Assembly: GCA_964016885.1 (NCBI GenBank)
Contig: OZ024744.1
Span: 5,828,001-5,892,000 of the forward strand
Origin: Eledone cirrhosa
Taxonomy: Eukaryota
DNA length: 64,000 bases
Direction of reading: 5' to 3'
A program made the translations under genes and the position numbers. Of this stretch, positions 1 to 15,000 are shown piece by piece (the first letter of the stretch is position 1; every line of letters starts with the position of its first letter). Under the pieces are notes generated by a model. The model was not told the origin of the DNA. It saw only the letters and a program-made list of their open reading frames with translations, and searched no databases.

Positions 1-3000
1 GGTAGTAGTAATGTTGGTGGTAGTAGTAATGTTGGTGGTAGTAGTAATGTTGGTGGTAGTAGTAATGTTGGTGGTAGTAGTAATGTTGGTGGTAGTAGTA
101 ATGTTGGTAGTAGTAGTAATGTTGGTAGTAGTAATGTTGGTGGTAGTAGTAATGTTGGTGGTAGTAGTAATGTTGGTGGTAGTAGTAATGTTGGTGGTAG
201 TAGTAATGTTGGTGGTAGTAGTAATCTTGGTGGTAGTAGTAATGTTGGTGGTAGTAGTAATGTTGGTAGTAGTAATGTTGGTAGTAGTAGTAATGTTGGT
301 GGTAGTAGTAATGTTGGTGGTAGTAGTAATGTTGGTGGTAGTAGTAATGTTGGTGGTAGTAGTAATGTTGGTGGTAGTAGTAATGTTGGTGGTAGTAGTA
401 ATGTTGGTAGTAGTAGTAATGTTGGTGGTAGTAGTAATGTTGGTGGTAGTAGTAATGTTGGTGGTAGTAGTAATGTTGGTAGTAGTAATAATGTTGGTGG
501 TAGTAGTAATGTTGGTGGTAATAGTAATGTTGGTGGTAGTAGTAATGTTGGTGGTAGTAGTAATGTTGGTGGTAATAGTAATGTTGGTGGTAGTAGTAAT
601 GTTGGTGGTAATAGTAATGTTGGTGGTAGTAGTAATGTTGGTAGTAATAGTAATGTTGGTGGTAGTAGTAATGTTGGTGGTAGTAGTAATGTTGGTGGTA
701 GTAGTGATGTTGGTAGTAATAGTAATGTTGGTGGTAGTAGTAATGTTGGTAGTAATAGTAATGTTGGTGGTAGTAGTAATGTTGGTAGTAATAGTAATGT
801 TGGTGGTAGTAGTAATGTTGGTGGTAGTAGTAATGTTGGTGGTAGTAGTGATGTTGGTAGTAATAGTAATGTTGGTGGTAGTAGTAATGTTGGTAGTAGT
901 AATGTTGGTGGTAGTAGTAATGTTGGTAGTAGTAGTAATGTTGGTAGTAGTAGTAATGTTGGTGGTAGTAGTAATGTTGGTGGTATTAGTAATGTTGGTA
1001 GTAGTAGTAATGTTGGTGGTAGTAGTAATGTTGGTGGTAGTAGTAATGTTGGTGGTAGTAGTAATGTTGGTGGTAGTAGTAATGTTGGTAGTAGTAGTAA
1101 TGTTGGTGGTAGTAGTAATGTTGGTGGTAGTAGTAATGTTGGTAGTAGTAGTAATGTTGGTAGTAGTAATGTTGGTGGTAGTAGTAATGTTGGTGGTAGT
1201 AGTAATGTTGGTGGTAATAGTAATGTTGGTGGTAGTAGTAATGTTGGTGGTAGTAGTAATGTTGGTAGTAATAGTAATGTTGGTGGTAGTAGTAATGTTG
1301 GTGGTAGTAGTAATGTTGGTGGTAGTAGTAATGTTGGTGGTAGTAGTAATGTTGGTGGTAGTAGTGATGTTGGTAGTAGTAGTAATGTTGGTAGTAGTAG
1401 TAATGTTGGTAGTAGTAGTAATGTTGGTGGTAGTAGTAATGTTGGTGGTAGTAGTAATCTTGGTGGTAGTAGTAATGTTGGTGGTAGTAGTAATGTTGGT
1501 GGTAGTAGTAATGTTGGTAGTAATAGTAATGTTGGTGGTAGTAGTAATGTTGGTGGTAGTAGTAATGTTGGTGGTAGTAGTAATGTTGGTGGTAGTAGTA
1601 ATGTTGGTGGTAGTAGTAATGTTGGTGGTAGTTAGTAATGTTGGTGGTAGTAGTAATGTTGGTAGTAGTAATGTTGGTGGTAGTAGTAATGTTGGTAGTA
1701 GTAGTAATGTTGGTGGTAGTAGTAATGTTGGTAGTAATAGTAATGTTGGTGGTAATAGTAATGTTGGTGGTAGTAGTAATGTTGGTGGTAGTAGTAATGT
1801 TGGTGGTAGTAGTAATGTTGGTGGTAGTAGTAATGTTGGTGTTAGTAGTAATGTTGGTGGTAGTAGTAATGTTCGTAGTAATAGTAATGTTGGTGGTAGT
1901 AGTAATGTTGGTAGAAGTAGTAATGTTGGTGGTAGTTAGTAATGTTGGTGGTAGTAGTAATGTTGGTGGTAGTAGTAATGTTGGTAGTAGTAGTAATGTT
2001 GGTAGTAGTAGTAATGTTGGTGGTAGTAGTAATGTTGGTGGTAGTAGTAATGTTGGTGGTAGTAGTAATGTTGGTAGTAGTAATGTTGGTGGTAGTCGTA
2101 ATGTTGGTAGTAATAGTAATGTTGGTGGTAGTAGTAATGTTGGTAGTAGTAGTAATGTTGGTAGTAGTAGTAATGTTGGTGGTAGTAGTAATGTTGGTAG
2201 TAATAGTAATGTTGGTGGTAGTAGTAATGTTGGTGGTAGTTAGTAATGTTTGTGGTAGTAGTAATGTTGGTGGTAGTAGTAATGTTGGTGGTAGTAGTAA
2301 TGTTGGTGGTAGTAGTAATGTTGGTGGTAGTAGTAATGTTGGTGGTAATAGTAATGTTGGTGGTAATAGTAATGTTGGTGGTAGTAGTAATGTTGGTGGT
2401 AGTCGTAATGTTGGTAGTAATAGTAATGTTGGTGGTAGTAGTAATGTTGGTAGTAGTAGTAATGTTGGTAGTAGTAGTAATGTTGGTGGTAGTAGTAATG
2501 TTGGTAGTAATAGTAATGTTGGTGGTAGTAGTAATGTTGGTGGTAGTTAGTAATGTTGGTGGTAGTAGTAATGTTGGTAGTAGTAGTAATGTTGGTAGTA
2601 ATAGTAATGTTGGTGGTAGTAGTAATGTTGGTGGTAGTTAGTAATGTTGGTGGTAGTAGTAATGTTGGTAGTAGTAGTAATGTTGGTAGTAGTAGTAATG
2701 TTGGTGGTAGTTAGTAATGTTGGTGGTAGTTAGTAATGTTGGTGGTAGTAGTAATGTTGGTAGTAGTAATGTTGGTGGTAGTAGTAATGTTGGTAGTAGT
2801 AGTAATGTTGGTGGTAGTAGTAATGTTGGTAGTAATAGTAATGTTGGTGGTAGTAGTAATGTTGGTGGTAGTAGTAATGTTGGTGGTAGTAGTAATGTTG
2901 GTGGTAGTAGTAATGTTCGTAGTAATAGTAATGTTGGTGGTAGTAGTAATGTTGGTAGTAGTAATGTTGGTAGTAGTAGTAATGTTGGTGGTAGTAGTAA

Positions 3001-6000
3001 TTTTGGTGGTAGTAGTAATGTTGGTGGTAGTAGTAATGTTGGTGGTAGTAGTAATGTTGGTGGTAGTAGTAATGTTGGTAGTAGTAGTAATGTTGGTGGT
3101 AGTAGTAATGTTGGTGGTAGTAGTAATGTTGGTGGTAGTAGTAATGTTGGTGGTAGTAGTAATTTGGTGGTAGTAGTAATGTTGGTAGTAGTAGTAATGT
3201 TGGTGGTAGTAGTAATGTTGGTAGTAGTAATGTTGGTAGTAGTAGTAATGTTGGTGGTAGTAGTAATTTTGGTGGTAGTAGTAATGTTGGTGGTAGTAGT
3301 AATGTTGGTGGTAGTAGTAATGTTGGTGGTAGTAGTAATGTTGGTGGTAGTAGTAATGTTGGTGGTAGTAGTAATGTTGGTGGTAGTAGTAATGTTGGTA
3401 GTAGTAGTAATGTTGGTGGTAGTAGTAATGTTGGTGGTAGTAGTAATGTTGGTGGTAGTAGTAATGTTGGTGGTAGTAGTAATGTTGGTGGTAGTAGTAA
3501 TGTTGGTGGTAGTAGTAATGTTGGTGGTAGTAGTAATGTTGGTGGTAGTAGTAATGTTGGTGGTAGTAGTAATGTTGGTGGTAGTAGTAATGTTGGTGGT
3601 AATAGTAATGTTGGTAGTAGTAATAATGTTGGTGGTAGTAGTAATGTTGGTGGTAATAGTAATGTTGGTAGTAGTAGTAATGTTGGTGGTAGTAGTAATG
3701 TTGGTAGTAGTTGTAATGTTGGTGGTAGTAATAATGTTGGTAGTAGTAGTAATGTTGGTGGTAGTAGTAATGTTGGTAGTAGTAGTAATGTTGGTAGTAG
3801 TAGTAATGTTGGTGGTAGTAGTAATGTTGGTGGTAGTAATAATGTTGGTAGTAGTAGTAATGTTGGTGGTAGTAGTAATGTTGGTATTAGTAGTAGTAAT
3901 GTTGGTGGTAGTAGTAATGTTGGTGGTAGTAGTAATGTTGGTGGTAGTAGTAATGTTGGTAGTAGTAGTAATGTTGGTAGTAGTAATGTTGGTGGTAGTA
4001 GTAATGTTGGTGGTAGTAGTAATGTTGGTGGTAGTAGTAATGTTGGTGGTAGTAGTAATGTTGGTGGTAGTAGTAATGTTGGTGGTAGTAGTAATGTTGG
4101 TGGTAGTAGTAATGTTGGTGGTAGTAGTAATGTTGGTAGTAGTAATGTTGGTGGTAGTAGTAATGTTGGTGGTAGTAGTAATCTTGGTGGTATTAGTAAT
4201 GTTGGTAGTAGTAGTAATGTTGGTGGTAGTAGTAATGTTGGTGGTAGTAGTAATGTTGGTGGTAGTAGTAATGTTGGTGGTAGTAGTAATGTTGGTGGTA
4301 GTAGTAATGTTGGTAGTAGTAGTAATGTTGGTGGTAGTAGTAATGTTGGTGGTAGTAGTAATGTTGGTGGTAGTAGTAATGTTGGTAGTAGTAATAATGT
4401 TGGTGGTAGTAGTAATGTGGGTGGTAATAGTAATGTTGGTGGTAGTAGTAATGTTGGTGGTAGTAGTAATGTTGGTGGTAATAGTAATGTTGGTGGTAGT
4501 AGTAATGTTGGTGGTAGTAGTAATGTTGGTGGTAATAGTAATGTTGGTAGTAGTAGTAATGTTGGTGGTAGTAGTAATGTTGGTGGTAATAGTAATGTTG
4601 GTGGTAGTAGTAATGTTGGTGGTAGTAGTAATGTTAGTGGTAGTAGTAATGTTGGTGGTAGTAGTAATGTTGGTAGTAGTAGTAATGTTGGTGGTGGTAG
4701 TAATGTTGGTGGTAGTAGTAATGTTGGTGGTAGTAGTAATGTTGGTGGTAGTAGTAATGTTGGTAGTAATAGTAATGTTGGTGGTAGTAGTAATGTTGGT
4801 AGTAATAGTAATGTTGGTGGTAGTAGTAATGTTGGTAGTAATAGTAATGTTGGTGGTAGTAGTAATGTTGGTGGTAGTAGTAATGTTGGTAGTAGTAGTA
4901 ATGTTAGTGGTAGTAGTAATGTTGGTGGTAGTAGTAATGTTGGTAGTAGTAGTAATGTTAGTGGTAGTAGTAATGTTGGTGGTAGTAGTAATGTTGGTGG
5001 TAGTAGTAATGTTGGTGGTAGTAGTAATGTTGGTAGTAATAGTAATGTTGGTGGTAGTAGTAATGTTGGTAGTAATAGTAATGTTGGTGGTAGTAGTAAT
5101 GTTGGTGGTAGTTAGTAATGTTGGTGGTAGTAGTAATGTTGGTAGTAGTAGTAATGTTGGTAGTAGTAGTAATGTTGGTGGTAGTTAGTAATGTTGGTGG
5201 TAGTTAGTAATGTTGGTGGTAGTAGTAATGTTGGTAGTAGTAATGTTGGTGGTAGTAGTAATGTTGGTAGTAGTAGTAATGTTGGTGGTAGTAGTAATGT
5301 TGGTAGTAATAGTAATGTTGGTGGTAATAGTAATGTTGGTGGTAGTAGTAATGTTGGTGGTAGTAGTAATGTTGGTGGTAGTAGTAATGTTGGTGGTAGT
5401 AGTAATGTTGGTGTTAGTAGTAATGTTGGTGGTAGTAGTAATGTTCGTAGTAATAGTAATGTTGGTGGTAGTAGTAATGTTGGTAGAAGTAGTAATGTTG
5501 GTGGTAGTTAGTAATGTTGGTGGTAGTTAGTAATGTTGGTGGTAGTAGTAATGTTGGTGGTAGTAGTAATGTTGGTAGTAGTAGTAATGTTGGTAGTAGT
5601 AGTAATGTTGGTGGTAGTAGTAATGTTGGTGGTAGTAGTAATGTTGGTGGTAGTAGTAATGTTGGTAGTAGTAATGTTGGTGGTAGTCGTAATGTTGGTA
5701 GTAATAGTAATGTTGGTGGTAGTAGTAATGTTGGTAGTAGTAGTAATGTTGGTAGTAGTAGTAATGTTGGTGGTAGTAGTAATGTTGGTAGTAATAGTAA
5801 TGTTGGTGGTAGTAGTAATGTTGGTGGTAGTAGTAATGTTGGTGGTAGTAGTAATGTTGGTGGTAGTAGTAATGTTGGTGGTAGTAGTAATGTTGGTGGT
5901 AATAGTAATGTTGGTGGTAATAGTAATGTTGGTGGTAGTAGTAATGTTGGTGGTAGTAGTAATGTTGGTGGTAGTAATGTTGGTGGTAGTAGTAATGTTG

Positions 6001-9000
6001 GTGGTAGTAGTAATGTTAGTGGTAGTAGTAATGTTGGTGGTAGTAGTAATGTTGGTAGTAATAGTAATGTTGGTGGTAGTAGTAATGTTGGTGGTAGTAG
6101 TAATGTTGGTGGTAGTAGTAATGTTGGTGGTAGTAGTAATGTTAGTGGTAGTAGTAATGTTGGTAGTAATAGTAATGTTGGTAGTAGTATTAATGTGGGT
6201 GGTAGTAGTAATGTTGGTGGTAGTAGTAATGTTGGTGGTAGTAGTAATGTTAGTGGTAGTAGTAATGTTGGTAGTAATAGTAATGTTGGTGGTAGTAGTA
6301 ATGTTGGTAGTAATAGTAATGTTGGTGGTAGTAGTAATGTTGGTAGTAATAGTAATGTTGGTAGTAATAGTAATGTTGGTAGTAGTAATGTTGGTGGTAG
6401 TAGTAATGTTGGTGGTAGTAGTAATGTTAGTGGTAGTAGTAATGTTGGTGGTAGTAGTAATGTTGGTAGTAATAGTAATGTTGGTGGTAGTAGTAATGTT
6501 GGTAGTAATAGTAATGTTGGTGGTAGTAGTAATGTTGGTAGTAATAGTAATGTTGGTGGTAGTAGTAATGTTGGTGGTAGTTAGTAATGTTGGTGGTAGT
6601 AGTAATGTTGGTAGTAGTAGTAATGTTGGTAGTAGTAGTAATGTTGGTGGTAGTTAGTAATGTTGGTGGTAGTTAGTAATGTTGGTGGTAGTAGTAATGT
6701 TGGTAGTAGTAATGTTGGTGGTAGTAGTAATGTTCGTAGTAATAGTAATGTTGGTGGTAGTAGTAATGTTGGTAGAAGTAGTAATGTTGGTGGTAGTTAG
6801 TAATGTTGGTGGTAGTTAGTAATGTTGGTGGTAGTAGTAATGTTGGTGGTAGTAGTAATGTTGGTAGTAGTAGTAATGTTGGTAGTAGTAGTAATGTTGG
6901 TGGTAGTAGTAATGTTGGTGGTAGTAGTAATGTTGGTGGTAGTAGTAATGTTGGTAGTAGTAATGTTGGTGGTAGTAGTAATGTTGGTAGTAATAGTAAT
7001 GTTGGTGGTAGTAGTAATGTTGGTAGTAGTAGTAATGTTGGTAGTAGTAGTAATGTTGGTGGTAGTAGTAATGTTGGTGGTAGTAGTAATGTTGGTAGTA
7101 GTAGTAATGTCGGTGGTAGTAGTAATGTTTGTGGTAGTAGTAATGTTGGTGGTAGTAGTAATGTTGGTGGTAGTAGTAATGTTGGTGGTAGTAGTAATGT
7201 TGGTGGTAGTAGTAATGTTGGTGGTAGTTAGTAATGTTGGTGGTAGTAGTAATGTTGGTGGTAGTAGTAATGTTGGTGGTAGTAGTAATGTTGGTGGTAG
7301 TAGTAATGTTGGTAGTAGTAATGTTGGTGGTAGTAGTAATGTTGGTAGTAATAGTAATGTTGGTGGTAATAGTAATGTTGGTGGTAGTAGTAATGTTGGT
7401 GGTAGTTAGTAATGTTGGTGGTAGTAGTAATGTTGGTAGTAGTAGTAATGTTGGTGGTAGTAGTGATGTTGGTGGTAGTAGTAATGTTGGTGGTAGTAGT
7501 AATGTTGGTGGTAGTAGTAATGTTGGTGGTAGTAGTAATGTTGGTGGTAGTAGTAATGTTGGTGGTAGTAGTAATGTTGGTGGTAGTAGTGATGTTGGTA
7601 GTAGTAATGTTGGTAGTAGTAGTAATGTTGGTAGTAGTCATGTTGGTGGTAGTAGTAATGTTGGTGGTAATAGTAATGTTGGTGGTAGTAGTAATGTTGG
7701 TAGTAATAGTAATGTTGGTGGTAGTAGTAATGTTGGTGGTAGTAGTAATGTTGGTGGTAGTAGTAATGTTGGTGGTAGTAGTAATGTTGGTGGTAATAGT
7801 AATGTTGGTGGTAGTAGTAATGTTGGTGGTAATAGTAATCTTGGTGGTAGTAGTAATGTTGGTGGTAGTAGTAATGTTGGTGGTAGTAGTAATGTTGGTG
7901 GTAGTAGTAATGTTGGTGGTAGTAGTGATGTTGGTAGTAGTAGTGATGTTGGTGGTAGTAGTAATGTTGGTGGTAGTAGTAATGTTGGTGGTAGTAGTAA
8001 TGTAGGTGGTAGTAGTAATGTTGGTGGTAGTAGTGATGTTGGTAGTAGTAGTGATGTTGGTGGTAGTAGTAATGTTGGTGGTAGTAGTAATGTTGGTGGT
8101 AGTAGTAATGTAGGTGGTAGTAGTAATGTTGGTGGTAGTAGTAATGTTGGTGGTAATAGTAATGTTGGTGGTAGTAGTAATGTTGGTGGTAGTAATCTTG
8201 GTGGTAGTAGTAATGTTGGTAGTAGTAGTAATGTTGGTGGTAGTAGTAATGTTGGTAGTAGTAGTAATGTTGGTGGTAGTAGTAATGTTGGTAGTAATAG
8301 TAATGTTGGTGGTAGTAGTAATGTTGGTGGTAGTAGTAATGTTGGTGGTAGTAATAATGTTGGTGGTAGTAGTAATGTTGGTGGTAGCAGTAATGTTGGT
8401 GGTAGTAGTAATGTTGGTGGTAGTAGTAATGTTGGTAATAGTAATGTTGGTGGTAGTAGTAATGTTGGTAGTAGTAGTAATGTTGGTGGTAATAGTAATG
8501 TTGGTGGTAGTAGGAATGTTGGTGGTAGTAGTAATGTTGGTGGTAGTAGTAATGTTGGTGGTAGTAGTAATGTTGGTAGTAGTAGTAATGTTGGTAGTAG
8601 TCATGTTGGTGGTAGTAGTAATGTTGGTAATAGTAATGTTGGTGGTAGTAGTAATGTTGGTAGTAGTAGTAATGTTGGTGGTAATAGTAATGTTGGTGGT
8701 AGTAGGAATGTTGGTGGTAGTAGTAATGTTGGTGGTAGTAGTAATGTTGGTGGTAGTAGTAATGTTGGTGGTAATAGTAATGTTGGTGGTAGTAGTGATG
8801 TTGGTAGTAGTAGTAATGTTGGTGGTAGTAGTAATGTTGGTGGTAGTAGTAATGTTGGTGGTAGTAGTAATGTTGGTGGTAGTAGTAATGTTGGTAATAG
8901 TAATGTTGGTGGTAGTAGTAATGTTGGTAGTAGTAGTAATGTTGGTGGTAGTAGTAATGTTGGTGGTAGTAGTAATGTTGGTGGTAGTAGTAATGTTGGT

Positions 9001-12000
9001 GGTAGTAGTAATGTTGGTAATAGTAATGTTGGTGGTAGTAGTAATGTTGGTAGTAGTAGTAATGTTGGTAGTAGTCATGTTGGTGGTAGTAGTAATGTTG
9101 GTGGCAGTAGTAATGTTGGTGGTAATAGTAATGTTGGTGGTAGTAGTAATGTTGGTGGTAGTAGTAATGTTGGTGGTAGTAGTAATGTTGGTGGTAGTAG
9201 TAATGTTGGTGGTAGTAGTAATGTTGGTGGTAGTAGTAATGTTGGTGGTAGTAGTAATGTTGGTAATAGTAATGTTGGTGGTAGTAGTAATGTTGGTAGT
9301 AGTAGTAATGTTGGTAGTAGTCATGTTGGTGGTAGTAGTAATGTTGGTGGCAGTAGTAATGTTGGTGGTATAGTAATGTTGGTGGTAGTAGTAATGTTGG
9401 TGGTAGTAGTAATGTTGGTGGTAGTAGTAATGTTGGTGGTAGTAGTAATGTTGGTGGTAGTAGTAATGTTGGTAGTAGTAGTAATGTTGGTGGTAATAGT
9501 AATGTTGGTGGTATTAGTAATGTTGGTGGTAGTAGTAATGTTGGTGGTAGTAGTAATGTTGGTGGTAGTTGTAATGTTGGTGGTAGTAGTAATGTTGGTG
9601 GTAGTAGTAATGTTGGTAGTAGTAATGTTGGTGGTAGTAGTAATGTTGGTGGTAATAGTAATGTTGGTGGTAATAGTAATGTTGGTGGTAGTTGTAATGT
9701 TGGTGGTAGTAGTAATGTTGGTGGTAGTAGTAATGTTGGTGGTATTAGTAATGTTGGTGGTAGTAGTAATGTTGGTGGTAGTTAGTAATGTTGGTGGTAG
9801 TAGTAATGTTGGTGGTAGTAGTAATGTTGGTGGTAGTAGTAATGTTGGTGGTAGTAGTAATGTTGGTGGTAGTAGTAATGTTGGTGGTAATAGTAATGTT
9901 GGTGGTAGTAGTAATGTTGGTGGTAGTAGTAATGTTGGTGGTAATAGTAATGTTGGTGGTAGTAGTAATGTAGGTGGTAGTAGTAATGTTGGTGGTAGTA
10001 GTAATGTTGGTAGTAGTAATGTTGGTGGTAATAGTAATGTTGGTGGTAGTAGTAATGTTGGTGGTAGTAGTAATGTTGGTGGTAGTAGTAATGTTGGTGG
10101 TAGTAGTAATGTTGGTGGTAGTAGTAATGTTGGTGGTAGTAGTAATGTTGGTAGTAGTAATCTTGGTGGTAGTAGTAATGTTGGTGGTAGTAGTAATGTT
10201 GGTGGTAGTAGTAATGTTGGTGGTAGTAGTAATGTTGGTGGTAGTAGTAATGTTGGTGGTAGTAGTAATGTTGGTGGTAATAGTAATGTTGGTGGTAGTA
10301 GTAATGTTGGTAGTAGTAGTAGTATGTTGGTGGTAGTAGTAATGTTGGTAGTAGTAATCTTGGTGGTAGTAGTAATGTTGGTGGTAGTAGTAATGTTGGT
10401 GGTAGTAGTAATGTTGGTGGTAATAGTAATGTTGGTGGTAGTAGTAATGTTGGTGGTAATAGTAATGTGGGTAGTAGTAATCTTGGTGGTAGTAGTAATG
10501 TTGGTGGTAATAGTAATGTTGGTGGTAGTAGTAATGTTGGTGGTAATAGTAATGTTGGTGGTAATAGTAATGTTGGTGGTAGTAGTAATGTTGGTGGTAG
10601 TAGTAATGTTGGTGGTATTAGTAATGTTGGTAGTAGTAGTAATGTTGGTGGTAGTAGTAATGTTGGTGGTAATAGTAATGTTGGTGGTAGTAGTAATGTT
10701 GGTGGTAGTAGTAATGTTGGTGGTAGTAGTAATGTTGGTGGTAGTAGTAATGTTGGTGGTAGTAGTAATGTTGGTGGTAGTAGTAATGTTGGTGGTAGTA
10801 GTAATGTTGGTGGTAATAGTAATGTTGGTGGTAGTAGTAATGTTGGTAGTAGTAGTAGTAATGTTGGTGGTAGTAGTAATGTTGGTAGTAGTAATCTTGG
10901 TGGTAGTAGTAATGTTGGTGGTAGTAGTAATGTTGGTGGTAGTAGTAATGTTGGTGGTAATAGTAATGTTGGTGGTAGTAGTAATGTTGGTGGTAATAGT
11001 AATGTTGGTAGTAGTAATCTTGGTGGTAGTAGTAATGTTGGTGGTAGTAGTAATGTTGGTGGTAGTAGTAATGTTGGTGGTAGTAGTAATGTTGGTGGTA
11101 GTAGTAATGTTGGTAGTAATAGTAATGTTGGTGGTAGTAGTAATGTTGGTTGTAGTAGTAACGTTGGTGGTAGTTAGTAATGTTGGTGGTAGTTAGTAAT
11201 GTTGGTGGTAATAGTAATGTTGGTGGTAGTAGTAATGTTGGTGGTAGTAGTAATGTTGGTAATAGTAATGTTGGTGGTAATAGTAATGTTGGTGGTAGTA
11301 GTAATGTTGGTAGAAGTAGTAATGTTGGTAATAGTAATGTTGGTGGTAATAGTAATGTTGGTGGTAGTAGTAATGTTGGTAGTAGTTAGTAATGTTGGTA
11401 ATAGTAATGTTGGTGGTAGTAGTAATGTTGGTGGTAGTAGTAATGTTGGTAGTAATAGTAATGTTGGTGGTTAGTAGTAATGTTGGTAGTAGTAATGTTG
11501 GTAGTAGTAGTAATGTTGGTGGTAGTAGTAATGTTGGTGGTAGTAGTAATGTTGGTAGTAGTAATGTTGGTGGTAGTAGTAATGTTGGTAGTAGTAGTAA
11601 TGTTGGTGGTAGTAGTAATGTTGGTGGTAGTAGTAATGTTGGTGGTAGTAGTAATGTTGGTAGTAATAGTAATGTTGGTGGTAGTAGTAATGTTGGTGGT
11701 AGTAGTAATGTTGGTGGTAGTAGTAATGTTGGTGGTAGTAGTAATGTTGGTGGTAGTAGTAATGTTGGTGGTAGTAGTAATGTTGGTGGTAGTAGTAATG
11801 TTGGTGGTAGTAGTAATGTTGGTGGTAGTAGTAATGTTGGTGGTAGTAGTAATGTTGGTGGTATTAGTAATGTTGGTGGTAGTAGTAATGTTGATGGTAG
11901 TTAGTAATGTTGGTGGTAGTAATCTTGGTGGTAGTAGTAATGTTGGTGGTAATAGTAATGTTGGTGGTAGTAGTAATGTTGGTGGTAATAGTAATGTTGG

Positions 12001-15000
12001 TGGTAATAGTAATGTTGGTGGTAGTAGTAATGTTGGTGGTAGTAGTAATGTTGGTGGTATTAGTAATGTTGGTAGTAGTAGTAATGTTGGTGGTAGTAGT
12101 AATGTTGGTGGTAATAGTAATGTTGGTGGTAGTAGTAATGTTGGTGGTAGTAGTAATGTTGGTGGTAGTAGTAATGTTGGTGGTAGTAGTAATGTTGGTG
12201 GTAGTAGTAATGTTGGTGGTAGTAGTAATGTTGGTGGTAGTAGTAATGTTGGTGGTAATAGTAATGTTGGTGGTAGTAGTAATGTTGGTAGTAGTAGTAG
12301 TAATGTTGGTGGTAGTAGTAATGTTGGTAGTAGTAATCTTGGTGGTAGTAGTAATGTTGGTGGTAGTAGTAATCTTGGTGGTAGTAGTAATCTTGGTGGT
12401 AGTAGTAATGTTGGTGGTAGTAGTAATGTTGGTGGTAGTAGTAATGTTGGTGGTAATAGTAATGTTGGTGGTAGTAGTAATGTTGGTGGTAATAGTAATG
12501 TTGGTAGTAGTAATCTTGGTGGTAGTAGTAATGTTGGTGGTAGTAGTAATGTTGGTGGTAGTAGTAATGTTGGTGGTAGTAGTAATGTTGGTGGTAGTAG
12601 TAATGTTGGTAGTAGTAGTAATGTTGGTGGTAGTAGTAATGTTGGTGGTAGTAGTAATGTTGGTGGTAGTAGTAATGTTGGTAGTAGTAGTAATGTTGGT
12701 GGTAGTAGTAATGTTGGTGGTAGTAGTAATGTTGGTGGTAGTAGTAATGTTGGTAGTAGTAGTAATGTTGGTGGTAGTAGTAATGTTGGTGGTAGTAGTA
12801 ATGTTGGTGGTAGTAGTAATGTTGGTGGTAGTAGTAATGTTGGTGGTAGTAGTAATGTTGGTGGTAGTAGTAATGTTGGTAGTAATAGTAATGTTGGTGG
12901 TAGTAGTAATGTTGGTAGTAGTAATGTTGGTGGTACTAGTAATGTTGGTGGTAGTAGTAATGTTGGTGGTAGTAGTAATGTTGGTGGTAGTAGTGATGTT
13001 GGTAGTAGTAGTAATGTTGGTGGTAGTAGTAATGTTGGTGGTAGTAGTAATGTTGGTGGTAATAGTAATGTTGGTGGTAGTAATGTTGGTGGTAGTAGTA
13101 ATGTTGGTGGTAGTAGTAATGTTGGTGGTAGTAGTAATGTTGGTTGTAGTAGTAATGTTGGTAGTAGTAGTAATGTTGGTGGTAGTAGTAATGTTGGTTG
13201 TAGTAGTAATGTTGGTAGTAGTAGTAATGTTGGTGGTAGTAGTAATGTTGGTGGTAGAAGTAATGTTGGTGGTAATAGTAATGTTGGTAGTAGTATTAAT
13301 GTGGGTGGTAGTAGTAATGTTGGTGGTAGTAGTAATGTTGGTGGTAGTAGTAATGTTGTTGGTAGTAGTAATGTTGGTGGTAGTAGTAATGTTGGTGGTA
13401 GTAGTAATGTTGGTGGTAGTTAGTAATGTTGGTGGTAGTAGTAATGTTGGTGGTAGTAGTAATGTTGGTGGTAGTAGTAATGTTGGTGGTAGTAGTAATG
13501 TTGGTGGTAGTAGTAATGTTGGTAGTAGTAGTAATGTTGGTAGTAGTAGTAATGTTGGTAGTAGTAGTAATGTTGGTGGTAGTAGTAATGTTGGCAGTAG
13601 TAATGTTGGTGGTAGTAGTAATGTTGGTGTAGTAGTAATGTTGGTAGTATAGTAATGTTGGTGGTAGTAGTAATGTTGGTGGTAGTAGTAATGTTGGTGG
13701 TAGTAGTAATGTTGGTAGTAGTAATGTTGGTGTTAGTAGTAATGTTGGTGGTAGTAGTAATGTTGGTGGTAGTAGTAATGTTGGTGGTAATAGTAATGTT
13801 GGTAGTAGTAGTAATGTTGGTGGTAGTAGTAATGTTGGTTGTAGTAGTAATGTTGGTGGTAGTAGTAATGTTGGTAGTAGTAGTAATGTTGGTAGTAGTA
13901 GTAATGTTGGTTGTAGTAGTAATGTTGGTGGTAGTAATGTTGGTAGTAGTAGTAATGTTGGTAGTAATAGTAATGTTGGTGGTAGTAGTAATGTTGGTGG
14001 TAGTAGTAATGTTGGTAGTAGTAGTAATGTTGGTAGTAGTAGTAATGTTTGTGGTAGTAGTAATGTTGGTGGTAGTAGTAATGTTGGTGGTAGTAGTATG
14101 TTGGTGGTAGTAGTAATGTTGGTGGTAGTAGTAATGTTGGTGGTAGTAGTAATGTTGGTGGTAGTAGTAATGTTGGTAGTAGTAGTAATGTTGGTAGTAG
14201 TAGTAATGTTGGTAGTAGTAGTAATGTTGGTGGTAGTAGTAATGTTGGCAGTAGTAATGTTGGTGGTAGTAGTAATGTTGGTAGTAGTAGTAATGTTGTG
14301 GTAGTAGTAATGTTGGTGGTAGTAGTAATGTTGGTGGTAGTAGTAATGTTGGTGGTAGTAGTAATGTTGGTGGTAGTAGTAATGTTGGTGGTAGTAGTAA
14401 TGTTGGTGGTAGTAGTAATGTTGGTGGTATTAGTAATGTTGGTAGTAGTAGTAATGTTGGTGGTAGTAGTAATGTTGGTAGTAGTAGTAATGTTGGTGGT
14501 AGTAGTAATGTTGGTGGTAGTAGTAATGTTGTAGTAATAGTAATGTTGGTGGTAGTAATGTTGGTAGTAGTAATGTTGGTAGTAGTAGTAATGTTGGTGG
14601 TAGTAGTAATGTTGGTGGTATAGTAATGTTGGTGGTAGTAATGTTGGTGGTAGTAGTAATGTTGGTGGTAGTAGTAATGTTGGTGGTAGTAATGTTGGTG
14701 GTAGGAGTAATGTGGTGGTAGTAGTAATGTTGGTGGTAGTAGTAATGTTGGTGGTAGTAGTAATGTTGGTGGTAGTAGTAATGTTGGTGGTAGTAGTAAT
14801 GTCGGTGGTAGTAGTAATGTTGGTAGTAGTAGTAATGTTGGTAGTAGTAGTAATTGTGGTGGTAGTAGTAATGTTGGTAGTAGTAGTACATGTTGGTAGT
14901 AGTAGTAATGTCGGTGGTAGTAGTAATGTTGGTAGTAGTAGTAATGTTGGTAGTAGTAGTAATGTTGGTGGTAGTAGTAATGTTGGTAGTAGTAGTAATG

